The translations under genes and the position numbers were made by a program. Positions 34,240-45,883 of a stretch of 60,503 nucleotides of DNA are shown here, in pieces. Source of the DNA: Amoebophrya sp. A120 (lineage: Eukaryota; Protista; Dinoflagellata); the NCBI GenBank assembly GCA_905178155.1, contig CAJINV010000023.1, positions 690,834 to 751,336 of the forward strand, read 5' to 3'. Positions within the stretch are counted from its first letter, which is position 1; each line of letters starts with the position of its first letter. The notes below the pieces were generated by a model. It was not told the DNA's origin, searched no databases, and worked only from the letters and a program-made list of their open reading frames with translations.

Positions 34240-37200
34240 ATGGGTAGCGTTTTCGGAGTTGTGCTACCATCCCCGCAGGGCACTTCCAAATCTTCCACTT
34301 TCTCCTGTTTCAGCCTGACCAGGGGTTCCGCGCTGCCATGGATTCTGTTTCCACTAATGGCATCACTGTACATCGATCGTGTCGGGTTTCCGATACTCTT
34401 GCGGAAATTTTTGGCGGAAAGAGCAGCGGCAGGGGAGGTGGACAACTACAGCGCAACGTCGCGTCAGGATTCTGGGAATAGCTCGTCGCGTCAGGGTAGT
34501 AGCCCGCACCGAGTCACCGACGAGGTTCGCGGCCACATTCTGGGAGCCTTTTTTGTTGGCTATGCCATCTCGCAGATTCCGGGGGGTGTGCTAGCGCGGA
34601 AACTGTCTCGGCGTGCAACCGAGCGCGGTCAGAAAGGCTTCGGCTTCCTGCAGCTCTATGCCAGCTGCGCCGCCTGGTGTTGCTTGAGCGCAGCGTTGGT
34701 CTGGTATGTCCACGGTGATGCCCCCGCACCGTACCTCCATGCTCGACAAGAACAGATGCAAAACAGCGTCGGCACATCGAAAACCTCATCTCCGCCAAAC
34801 GTAAACATTCCGGCGCTGCGACCGCAGTTTCGTCGTTCCCTGGAGGAACCGATCAAAACCGACAGGGAACAACATCAAGCCTCCACCAGTAGTAGCTCGA
34901 GCGACTTAGGCAAAAATGGCGCGCCGGGCGGAATCATTATTAATTGGGACGACGCGGCAAGTACAAAACCGGCGGCACCGGGACAATCCGGATCAGCTTC
35001 AACAAGAGCAGTTGCGTCAACTTCTACTATGGAAGGAGAGGACCACAACATCAAAGCTGTAGCTGCCACTGCTTCTGCTGTATTCAATAAGGCAGCTGCA
35101 GACGATATATTGTTGATTAAGGCGCCAAGTAGTGCTAGTCGTACAAGAACTCTGGTGGTAGAAGCTCCTTCCGCCCACCAGCTGCAAGAGAAACCGGAAA
35201 CAATTCGCACAGAAGTCCCTGTGCTGGCACTTGGCGGCGGTCGTTTTCTCGCAGGGATTTGCCAAGGGCTCGTGATCCCCGCAATTCACCAAATCTTGGC
35301 GGACGAGTGCGAGCCGAGGAGCCTGGCCAACGCAGTTTATTGTGAGGAAAAATCCCCCCTCCCCATATCAAAACAGGACTTCTGATGCTGGATTTGTGTA
35401 CACAAATCAAAGCTGTCTTGCAGTAGAGGATTTGAGGCATATGCCGTGCCGGAGTACAGAGCTTCTGACGTGGACGCTTAGCATCACAAATGTCTATGCT
35501 GTAGCCCAAGCAGCATCGCAAACCGTCCGCATAATGCGGCGGAGACTGTGGAGTTGCCTTCTTGCAAGACAGATGTGATTTGTGGCCTCAAATCAGCAGC
35601 GCAAATTTTCGGAGACATACCCTTTCAATATGGGGAGGGGGGAGCTTTCCTTTCAATACGGTGAGCGGCACGGTCTCGGGCATGTACCTCGGAGGGCTCG
35701 TGGCAATGGTGTACGCGGCCGACCTGCTCGAGGCCTACGGTTCGATCGCCGGCTTCCTGGCTTCGGTAGCCCTGCCCGTATGCTGCGCGCTGTTGCTCTT
35801 GCTGTTTGACAGGGCCTGCTTCCCACGGGGTGATGTGGTTCAAGAAGGTGCGCTCTTCTCCTGTTTTCGCTCCGGCAGCGGCGCAGGTAGTGCCACCACC
35901 TTCCGGTTTGACTATGCCGACCTGAACCGCGGTCGCGAACACGTCGAGCAGTCTGCCGCGGGGGATCTGGTCGATCTTGCTGCTGTAGAGGATGAGACGC
36001 GAGACCAGATTATATGGATTGCAAAAATGTCTGGGTCTGGAAGATTGCCAGGTTTGTCATGCAGGTTTTCCATAACTCATGAGGTCTGGTATGTAGGACA
36101 TAGCATGACAGATTCTGCGAAGCCTTTCCAATGCCTATCCTGCATGGGAAACTGCCTCTCGATTAGGTCAAAAGTGCGCAACCTTTGGCAATCATGCAAC
36201 ACAGCTTTTTGCCTGATTCAGATTTAGCATGACAAGTTGCATTCTTCCAGACCCAGACACTTTTACATTTGATAGATTAGCCACGCGCACAACAACGAGA
36301 TCGGCGAAGACAATGTCAAATGCAAAGATGTCTGGGGCTGCCATGCAAGCCCTCGCATCACCCGTCTTGCGAAGGTGTCCCAATGTTGCCTAATCCGCCA
36401 GAGGAATGAGTCCCCTAGTGTGGTGTCAAGTTTTGGGCCGCATTTGCTGTTAATGCATGACAGACCCTTGTGCTGCCTCAAATTTCTTGTATGATCACAA
36501 ACTGCATTCTACTTCCAGACCCAGACATATTTGCAATCCATAGACAATCCACGTGCACCTCTACAGATAGTTGAAACTGTCCCACCAGGGGCTGGCGCGA
36601 GTGCAAAGCCGGACGCAGGGCGAGGAGCGCTGGCTCCTGCAGATGAGAGGCCAACGAGGCAGCTTGTCGCGCCGCCCTCGAATCATGTTGCAAAATCAAA
36701 CCCAAAAAGCAGCCCCGATGTTGTTGCGAAGGAGGTGCGCCCTTTGGTTCTTGCCGAGATGCGGTGCGAGCGGCCCCCCGGCGAAGACGTCGCTCTTGGG
36801 CGCGCAGGAATTGCTGGGGGAACAATTATTGGTGCGCCGTTCAGTGATGACGATGAGGAGCGAAAAGCCGCAGGGCCCTTTGTAGAGGAAGTTGTTTTTG
36901 GGACGAGTGCTCAAAATTCTATTGCAATGAAAAATGCCCAGACCCCAGATGAACTTGGCAGCATTTGCATTGCAAATTTTTCCAATGCTGGAAACATTCC
37001 TCGTTTTGCATATATCTGCATCAGAAGTTTTCCATGCTGATTCGCTCAAATTTGTGTTGCAAAGGAGCCCAGCAGCAGGATCTTCTTTTATGCAGAAAAT
37101 ACCTCAAGAACCTAGATTCTGCACAAGAAAGGCCCGCAGTCCTTTCATGCAATACAAAAAGCTTCCACTTGGAAACTTTGCATGAGAAACTGTTCGCAAA

Positions 37201-39132
37201 TTCCGTCGTGGGGGCCTTTTTCCTTTTGATAAATTACGTAACTCCTTCAAAAGCGGAGCAAGAAGATTATCACGCTATTAGAAGCAGCGACAAGGCCTTG
37301 CTGGCACATCCTGCGGTGCAGGTCATTTTGTGCAGCAGCTTTGCGTTCCATTACGCGTTTTACCTGCTTATGAGCTGGCTTCCCACATTTCTGGAGGAAT
37401 TTGCGCGGTGTGGCGGGGCGCGACAGGGGACCGCCAACAAAGCTGCACCCTACGGCCTGATGTTCGTGGCTACCAATCTTGGCTCGCGCGCAAGCAACTT
37501 ATCACAAGAAAAAAGTGTTACAGTTACACATTTGTTGGAGTTTCTGCATCACAAATTTTCTCTGTGTGCCAGACAAAACTTGTAATGCAAAGATCATACT
37601 GGTAAATACGTAGGAAACGAGGCTCGCAAGCATTTCTCGCATGACAAAGGTTGACTGTCTTGCGGCTCCTGCAGCACAATGTGCAACTGTAACCCTCTTT
37701 TCTTGCGATGCAACTGGCTTCGAGACTACTACTTCTCCCGGCGGGGGGGCGGGGGAAGTAGGAAAACACCACTTGACACGACGCCGGACATCACTGCGAG
37801 TGGCCCTGAGGACCTCAACGCAGCCGCGGCTGCAGCTGCAACTACAGCCTGCAACCCATCTTCATGCCCTGTTGCCACTTCTCGCGCTCGCAAATTCGTC
37901 AACGCTGCCGGCATTGCGGTCGCGTCTGCCTCCCTGCTCTGGATGCCCCTCGTTGTCGCCTCTGGTGCAGCCGGAGGTGATGAAGATGGTGCCCGCGCAA
38001 ATGTTTTCGCGGATGCGGCGGGTAGTAGTTCCTCGGCGCTGCTCTTGCCTGCTAGTAGTGCTACGGCCGCACCACCAGCCGGCGCAGCAGCTCCAGCGCC
38101 AACAAGTCGAACAGCTTTACTTCCTAATGTGGACTACCATGGTGATCATGTTCATGTTGCGCCACGACCTGCTGCCACAAGGACGTCGACCCCAGATCGC
38201 GCTAGTCGTGCGCGCCGCGCCGTCTTCGAGGCAACGACGCCATCTGCAGGGGGGGAGGCGTGTATCAAAAGGAAAATCAATCCCCCCTCCCCATATCGAA
38301 ATGCAAATCTGTGATGCGGGATTTGTGTTGCAAGAACACAAATCGGATGTATTGTCTTGTAGTAGAGCACTGCAGACAGATGTAGAGCCGCATCATGGAT
38401 GTTTATTTGGTGTAGGCGCCTAGCAAGACAGGCATATTCTCAGTAGGCCATACAGCATTACAAATTGCCTGCAGAACGAGGCGGGGTCTTTGGATTTGTC
38501 TTCTAGCAATACGGAAGCGATTTGCTGTGGCCTCCAATCCGCGTCACAAATTTTGAGAAGAATCCCGTTTTGGTATGGGCAGGAGGGGACAACTTTTTCT
38601 CACAATAACGTGGAGATCCTCGTCGCCCACCGTGAGCAGTCAAAGCGAATTGGAAGAGCAGGCACTAGACCGCAATAAGCAGTTCGGTCCTGGTGGGGAG
38701 GTACTTGCAGTCGGCCGGTCTTCAAACACCAGAGGCGGCGGTCCATCGCGAACAGGGGGCCACCAGAACGCCAGCACGACGCCCACGACCTTTCCTGCTG
38801 GCACGTCGACTACATCATCAACTTCTAGCGCAGCCTGCGCCAGCTTGGCTATAAGCGCGGCCTTTTTCGGGTTGGGCTTCTCACGGGGCGGCTTCGGGGT
38901 GGCCCATCTGGATATCAACGATGGAAAAGACGCTGGCTACCTCATCGGTGTCGTAAATCTTGCAGGGACTCTGGGAGGCGTCCTCAGTGTTCCGGCTACT
39001 GGTTACATTCTCACCGCCTCCGGCGGTGCGCCAGTGCGCAGCGGGTGGATGATCACTTTGGCAGTCGCAGCAGCGTGGTGTCTCGTCAGTGCGGTTTTTT
39101 TCTGCCGGTACGCAAAGGCCGGACGGCTGTAA
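34240..39132 (+). CDS. MFS anion:cation symporter (SLC17/sialin/PHT4-like) with long low-complexity loops; 6 non-canonical introns
   Basis: Exons 34240-35337,35664-36012,36280-36313,36548-36919,37237-37499,37716-38262,38613-39132 = 3183 nt open; YIDRV, GAFFVGYAISQIPGG, RFLAGICQG, SGMYLG, LMSWLPTF, HLDI..AGYLIGVVNLAGT. Confidence 0.85.
35338..35658. mobile_element. Introner family A
   Basis: DR CAGTT/CGGTG (both encode AV); frame restored. Confidence 0.85.
36013..36274. mobile_element. Introner family B
   Basis: DR GATTA/GATTA; near-identical inverse of 42517-42778. Confidence 0.9.
36314..36542. mobile_element. Introner family B (degenerate)
   Basis: TGT..ATA, DR GACAA/GACAA; frame restored. 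Confidence 0.85.
36920..37231. mobile_element. Introner family F
   Basis: DR AATTC/AATTA; frame restored. Confidence 0.85.
37500..37710. mobile_element. Introner family E
   Basis: TAT..ATG, DR CAACT/CAACT; frame restored. Confidence 0.9.
38263..38607. mobile_element. Introner family A (degenerate)
   Basis: DR GCGTG/ACGTG; frame restored. Confidence 0.85.
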
Positions 39133-39888
39133 TGCGATTCCTGGCATGGAGCCTCCGATTTTTTCGTACAGGCGAATAGCAAGTACTTAAAAATGTCTCG
39201 AAAAGAGAGATAATGGAAAAAAAGAACTCTACACGAATAAAAAGATGCAAGAAAATCTGCATTGTTTTAGGCTTTTGTTGTGCGCCTCTGTTTGTTGCTT
39301 TTGGCATTAGTTGCCCATCAACCAATGCACATCAGACAGCGTCGTAAAAAAGACAAAAGGCTTAGAACGAAAAAAATTGTAGCGCGCCTTTTTTTATTGC
39401 GCGCAACAGGTGTCGTCCTCTTCCGTCGCGCAGAGGTATGAAAGACCTGCGGCGTCGTGTTCTTCCCGCCAAAAGATGATAGAATTACTTCACGATAAGT
39501 AACATGGAAGATGAACAGCCGCACACTCAGTGCACGAATGCACGACGCGTGCACAACTAAATACATAGCCCTCTTTCGGCGGATCAACTATGCAAAAATG
39601 GCACAGCATTTCTACTAGCGTTCTTTCGAAAATTCAACAATCTGGTCTGCACTGCCAGTCCAATTCCGGATGGGTAAGTAGAGGTTTTGCGTGAATAAAC
39701 AGAGATGGCTTAGTAAGCGAAGCAACCAACCAACCGAGTCGCATCCCCGGCCCAGGAAAATCGAGCTACAAAAGGACCGCGGGGTCCTCTGTGCGGTGGT
39801 TTTCCGGCATTTGCGTTGTGCCGCGGAGCTTCCGAGAATTTGAGAAAGGCACTTCTTCGTCCCTGATCAGTTCGGAAGTCGGACGAAG

Positions 39889-42800
39889 ATGCCCGAATTA
39901 GGCGCGGGGTTGTGCTGCCCGCGGCCCTTCTTACAATGGGTGGGGCTGTCGCTTCTGATCTGTTGGATGCAAGTGTGGCGCCGGCGGTCCACGCAACCAG
40001 ATTTGTTCCAGCACTCCTGCAGCAACGAGTTGAACAACGTGCGTCAGTCCGTGCGTGGAAATAAACTCATGCGAAACGCAGACGACCCCCCGAGAGGACA
40101 GGCCATGGCCGGCGCGGTAGTTAGTGCAAAAAAAGCTTCTGCTATCGCAAAAGACGAACAAACTACGTCTAGCGGACTATCGACGTCAACAGATCCTCAA
40201 CACGCTGGCGCTGCCGTCGAGACGGGCACAGCAGGAAGACCTACACTCAGCGGCGGCACGGATCATGTCCCTGCGGGGACAGGCACAGGAACCGGCGAAG
40301 CTGCTGCTCCTTATCGCAGGAAAGAAGTGTTACAGTTACACACCCTGATGCAAGACCAGCAAGAAAGACAACCTGTGTCATGCAGGAAATGCTTTCCAGC
40401 CTCATTTCGTGCGTGTCTTCCTTCATAGCCTGCCACGCATTACAAGTTTTCTTTGCTAGTATGCAGAGCAACTTTGTGATGCTGAAATTGCACCAAATGT
40501 GTAAGAACTGTTCACACTTTTTTCCTGTGATACTGCTGCGTCCCCACCTAGTAGTATTACCACCCCATCCACGACCACTGGAGCAGTAGTAAACATGGAA
40601 AATAATAAAGATACCTCCCCGACGTCGAGCGACGTAAAGACGACAAAACCAGCAGCACTCCTCGGGCAGCTGAGGAAGGAGTTTGCGCAGTCATTCTGCC
40701 ACCCCGCGGAAACGCCCTCGTATCCACGATCCTGCTTCAAGCACGGGAAGAACTGCCCGCGGCGCATATTACAATGAAAAATGCCCCCACCCCTGAACTT
40801 GGGAGCATTTGTATTGCAAACCTTTCCAAATGAAACACTCGCCCTCTTGCATCTATCAGCATCACAGGTTTTCAATCGTTAAGAGCAAAAATTTGTATTG
40901 CAAAAGACCCCAGCAAGAGCGGCGCTTGTCATGCAAGCGATGCGATACACGCCTACATTCTGCATCAGAAAGATTCATACTCCTTTCATGCATGACAAAA
41001 AGTTTTCATTTGGAAATTTCGCATCACAAATTTTTGCAATTTAGGGGTGGGGGGCACTTTTCACTGTAATAGCGCATGGACTCGACCTGTGCGAAGGCCC
41101 CCGAGGATTTTACAGGGATCCCGGCATTTTTGGTCGAACACGAGCGGTTTTACTATCAGATTCTCAAACGTTTTTACATTCTCAGCTGTTACATGATTTG
41201 TCATGCAAAACTACCATTATCATCTACACGGTCAAGCTGTTCTGCATGACAAATTCTGGGAGGGCCAAACAGGCTGATGATCTGTGCCAAATCTGTCATG
41301 CAAGACGCGCAATGCCCCTCCTTTCACTTTTCCCATTCTTGCATCAGCACAAATCCATCTAACAGCTGAGAATGGAACAGTTGAGAACGCCATATTTACC
41401 GGACGGCGCGGGGGAAGGTCACGTTCGACGCATATCAAGTGAAAATCTGTCTGGGTCTGGAACAAAGCAACTTGTCATGCTAAATCTGAACCATGTGAAA
41501 ATCTGTTTTGCATGATTACCAAAAGCTGTCCACTTTTGACCTACCTCCGAGACGCAGTTTCTCATGCAGAATTATAGGCATGGTAGCACAACTCTCGCAG
41601 AATCTGTCATGCTATGTCCTACATACCTGACCTCATGGGTGATGGAATAAAACCAGCATGACACTAAGTCTGGCCGCATTCTTCCAGACCCAGATGACAT
41701 TGTTGCAGTTGATAACGCACACCGTTTGACGAAGTTTTACGGCCCGCACCTATCGGAAGAGGAACGGGAAAAGATGGCGAAGGAGTATCGTAAGGAAAAA
41801 TCCCCCCTCCCCATATCAAAATGGAAATTTGTGATGCTGATTTGTGGTAACAAATACCCTCTGTCTTGCCTCTAGGGGAATGCGAACGATGTGGCGCATT
41901 CCACAGCCAGTCTGTCACGCGCTTTTGACTACTGCAAACCTGTATCTCATGCCTAATTGCTAGCCTTCTGCATATCCAAACAGGCTTAGAAAATGCCGCC
42001 AAGCACCTTCTGCAAGACAGATCTGATTTGTGTACGGAAATCCAGCATCAGAAACTTCCTTTTGATATGGGGAGGGGGGATTTTCCCCTCCTATAAGGAG
42101 ATCGCGGACTACATGACCGTGAACCATCGGCCCTTTGTATCGAAAGGAAAACCCCCCCTCCCCATATTGAAAAGGTATGTCTCAGAAAATTTGTAATGCT
42201 GATGCGCGACTACAAATCGGCTCTGTCTTGTAAGAACTCAACTCCACAGGCTCCGCCGCATTCTGCAGGCGGTTTGTCATGCTGTTGGCCCTACAAACTA
42301 GACGTCTGCCATGCTCAGCGCCTAGCCCAAAACGTCTCTACTCAGTCCCAGTAGAGGCCTGCAGCCCTCTCCAGCAAGATCAATCCGATTTGTGCACGCA
42401 CATCCAGCATTAGAAACTTCGTTTTGATCATATGGGGCGGGGGGATTTTTCCTTGTGATTCTTTGTGGTGATTCCCAATTACTGGACAACGGAGCAAGTC
42501 GACAAGGCACTGGAAGTATCAAATGTAAAAATGTCTGGGTCTGGAAGAATGCAACTTGTCATGCTAAATCTGAATCAGGCAAAAAGCTGTGTTGCATGAT
42601 TGCCAAAGGTTGTGCACTTTTGACCTAATCGAGAGGCAGTTTCTCATGCAGGATAAGCATTGGAAAGGCTTCGCAGAATCTGTCATGCTATGTCCTACAT
42701 ACCAGACCTCATGGGTTATGGAAAACCTGCATGACAAACCTGGCAATCTTCCAGACCCAGACATTTTTGCAATCCATAGGAAGAGGTGGATAAATTTCAG

Positions 42801-45511
42801 CAAGAAGGATGTCACAACCACCGCGGAAACGGGTTTGACTCCCGGTCGTTTGCGTATCAAACGGAAAAATCCCCCCTCCCCATATCGAAAAGGAAGTTTG
42901 TAATGCTGGATTTGCGTACACAAATCAGATTCGTCTTGCAGTAGAGGACTGCAGTTGTGTGCCAACTTTGGGAAGCAAGGTTTTGACATTGGCGTCTAGC
43001 ATTACAAATGTCCACACTGTAGGCCCAGCAGCATCACGAACCGCCTGCATAGTGCGGCGCAGCCTGTGGACTTGCCTTCTTGCAAGACAGAGACGATTGC
43101 AAATTTTCTGTGGCTTCCATTTCGATATGGGGAGGGGGGTCTTTCCTTACGATATTGCGGCGGAGAAGTTCTCGCGGCAGGCCAAGAGATTCAAGGAGGA
43201 CCGTATTGAAGGGAAGAACTCCCCCTTCCCATATTGAAGAGGTATGTTTCCGAAAATTTGTGTTGCTGATTTGAGGTTACAAATCACCTCTGTCTTGCAA
43301 GAAGACAAGGGCAGAAGCTTCCGCCCCATTATGGAAGCGATTTGTCATGCTGTTGGGCCTAAAGGGGAGCCGTTTGCCATGCTGAGCAACTAGACCCATA
43401 CGCCCCTACCTAGGCTGGGCATCTGGCCGCAATGCCTTCCTGCAATGCAAATTTGTGTACACAAATCCAGCATCAGAAATTTCGTTTTGATATGGGGAGG
43501 GGGGGCCTTTCCTTTCGATAGACCGGTTCCCGTGGCTGGTCGCGAAGCACTTGTATCAGCGGGACAAGGTACAGCTTCACCGAGGGAAACTGACCACCTT
43601 GGTGGGCGTAGTAAAGTGGAACGGGAAGCCCGCAAACTCCGGGGGTCCCTGGCACAAGGATGACTTCTATCTCGGCGCCAAGGCCATCCTGTACCTAAAC
43701 TATCGTAAGAAAAAACTGCTTCACTGTAAGGATTTTGCAAGTTTTGCATTACAAGTTCGTTACACATTACAAAGAAAGCTTGCCATGCGAGTATCCTACG
43801 GGAAAACACTCTAAAAATCACTTGTCTTGCATGTGTAGCAAGAGAAACACTTCTCTTCAGTAATGCCTTTTCTGCATCACAAGTTCACAGTGAAACAGTT
43901 TTTTCTTGCGATATAAACGACGTGTTGGACAATGGTCCTTTCAGCATGGTATCAAATGTAAAAATGTCTGGGTCTGGAAGAATGCAACTTGTCATGCTAA
44001 ATCTGAAGCATGCAAAAATCTGTGTTGCATGATTACCAAAAGTCGTTCAGTTTTGGCCAAGTCGGGAGAGAGTTTCTCATGCAGGATAGGCATGAGAGAG
44101 AGTGCACAGAATCTGTCATTTTAGGTCCTGCATTACAGACCTCATGGGTCATGGAAAAGCTGCATGACAAATCGCGCATTCTTCCAGACCCAGACATTTT
44201 TGCATTTGATACATGGCTATCGATTGCAAATATACTATATATCGATCTGGGTCTAGTAGAGGAATGCGCTTGTAGTTTCGATCATGCATCTGCTTTCAGA
44301 TCATGACACAAATAATGTCTGATGCACGGAAATAAAGCATATTCAGGTTCTTTTGCGGACGCCTCTTGATCCCTTGTCGCCCCCGTGAGACATAACTGCC
44401 GACTTTCGTCGCAAAAAGTGGGCAGCTTTCTTTGGCGTGTCCGAAACACAATAATTTTTGTGTGCTCCAGCAGAGTTGGCATCTCACAATGTATAGGTAA
44501 TGCAACCCTTCCAGACATCCAGTGATAAAAATTGTTATGTTTGCAATGCATAATGGCAATTGACTACCCAGACGCCTCCCTCCGCCCGGATCTGCCGGCG
44601 CAGACGAAGCTTAACTTCGAGGACGTCCCAGGTGGTGGCTCCGAGTGGCCCGATAGTCCAGAAAAGCGGACACAGTTTCACCACCGCACCATGAGCACGA
44701 AGCTGGCAGAGGGAACGATCCGAGCCATCGTGCGACTGGCCGCGCCGCCCGGCTCCATGATTCTGTTCACGAGCCACAACATTCATTATGGCGAACCGCT
44801 TCGCAACGGCACCCGTGTCACCATGTATTTAAATGAAAAATACCCCCTCCCCATACCGAAAACGAAATTTGTGATGCTGTATTTGAGTAGTACACAAATC
44901 GACTTGTAACGCTAGAAGGCCAAGAGACGCAGCTGTGGCCTCGTTTGCAGGCTATTTTTCATGCTGTTTCGCGCTTCGAGTTGCTTCCTGTCATACTGAA
45001 GCCGCAGGACTTTGTTCCCACGCCAACCAGCACTAGAGTCCGCATCTTTTCCCTTCGAGCATGACAGAGCTGATTTGTGACCACAAATCTGCATCACAAA
45101 TTTCTAGTTTGAGTATGGGGTGGGGGGATTTTTCATTTTGATACCATGACGAACTACTACAATGGAAACCCGTCACAGGAAATCGAGCGGACCTGTAAGC
45201 TTCCCCGAGTGGATATCATTTGTAACAACGTCCCAACCACAGACTCGTCATGCAGATTTGCAATGAAAAGAACATTATGTAATTCGCATCTACTCTATGA
45301 GAGGCATTTCTAATCGTGTTGTGGCATTTGTAACGCTGTATTAACCAGGGTAAGCAGATGGATTTGCGATGCGTTTCACCCTGCTGAGCTGCACTACACT
45401 ACGGACTGCAAGTTGTGATGCCGAAATCCCAAAACTATTAAGCTTGCTTTGCAAAGTCTCCATCTTGACTCTGGGGCGGTGACGTTTTTACTCAGGATAG
45501 TGGATCTGTGA
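39889..45511 (+). CDS. PhyH-like 2-oxoglutarate/Fe(II) dioxygenase with N-terminal membrane anchor; 14 non-canonical introns
   Basis: Exons 39889-40311,40538-40766,41077-41153,41400-41432,41720-41785,42101-42137,42466-42516,42784-42854,43160-43203,43526-43700,43919-43949,44217,44558-44825,45149-45213,45505-45511 = 1578 nt; FVVIPNYW, SGGPWHKD, KAILYLNDV.DNGPF, GSMILF..NIHYG, RVTMTNYY. Confidence 0.85.
40312..40532. mobile_element. Introner family E
   Basis: DR CTCCT/CTGCT; frame restored. Confidence 0.85.
40767..41071. mobile_element. Introner family F
   Basis: DR GCGCA/GCGCA. Confidence 0.9.
41154..41394. mobile_element. Introner family I (single copy)
   Basis: IR TTCTCAA..CATTCTCAGCTGTTA / TAACAGCTGAGAATG..TTGAGAA; DR TTTAC/TTTAC. 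Confidence 0.85.
41433..41714. mobile_element. Introner family B
   Basis: DR ACGCA/ACGCA. Confidence 0.9.
41786..42095. mobile_element. Introner family A
   Basis: DR AGGAG/AGGAG. Confidence 0.9.
42138..42460. mobile_element. Introner family A
   Basis: TAT..ATT, DR CTTTG/CTTTG. Confidence 0.9.
42517..42778. mobile_element. Introner family B
   Basis: DR GGAAG/GGAAG. Confidence 0.9.
42855..43154. mobile_element. Introner family A
   Basis: DR TTGCG/TTGCG. Confidence 0.9.
43204..43520. mobile_element. Introner family A
   Basis: DR GACCG/GACCG; same subfamily as 12611 and inverse of 5304. Confidence 0.9.
43701..43913. mobile_element. Introner family D
   Basis: DR TAAAC/TAAAC; gives YLN|DV. 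Confidence 0.9.
43950..44211. mobile_element. Introner family B
   Basis: DR CATGG/CATGG. Confidence 0.9.
44218..44552. mobile_element. Introner family B (old, degenerate)
   Basis: DR ATGGC/ATGGC; only 6 nt from the previous element. Confidence 0.85.
44826..45143. mobile_element. Introner family A
   Basis: DR CCATG/CCATG. Confidence 0.9.
45214..45499. mobile_element. Introner family C
   Basis: DR GTGGA/GTGGA. Confidence 0.9.
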
Positions 45512-45527
45512 CCGCAGTACTTGTAGT

Positions 45528-45831
45528 TATCCTGTGTAAAAAACTTTAAAGCGTTCCTATAATCCCAATACATTTGTCCGGCAAATTTGCAAACCGAAAA
45601 AGTTTCTCATGCGCAGCCCCATGAGGAGCGTTTTTTCATGCTATCTGAGAGCATATCATGTCGCAAGAACCAGGATTATAAGATCGAAGTGTGATGCTGC
45701 TGCAATAGCTGAACACAATTACACTTCGAGCCCAAGACACCTGTCATGCGCAGCGAGGACAAGGAGTTGATTTGTGTAGCAAAATTTGCCAGCTTGAATT
45801 TGGGCTGGGAACGTTTATTTTGCAGTGGATT
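45528..45831. mobile_element. Degenerate family C-like element, 3' of gene
   Basis: TATCCTGTGTAAAAAA start and C-type internal motifs; ends and DR decayed. Confidence 0.55.
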
Positions 45832-45883
45832 AGACTCCGAGCAAGGGAAACAACTTTTGCTGCTCAAGGGGCTCCTGTGAAAA

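Noticed and set aside
125-45500. Many short ORFs with recurring peptides (IWGGGIFP, KSPLPI, FQTQTF, KNVWVWK, KMSGSG)
   Set aside because: Translations of introner TIRs in various frames, not a protein family
224-45511. Genes as TE-disrupted pseudogenes
   Set aside because: Reconstructed exons have no stops or frameshifts and keep catalytic motifs, even around old decayed elements
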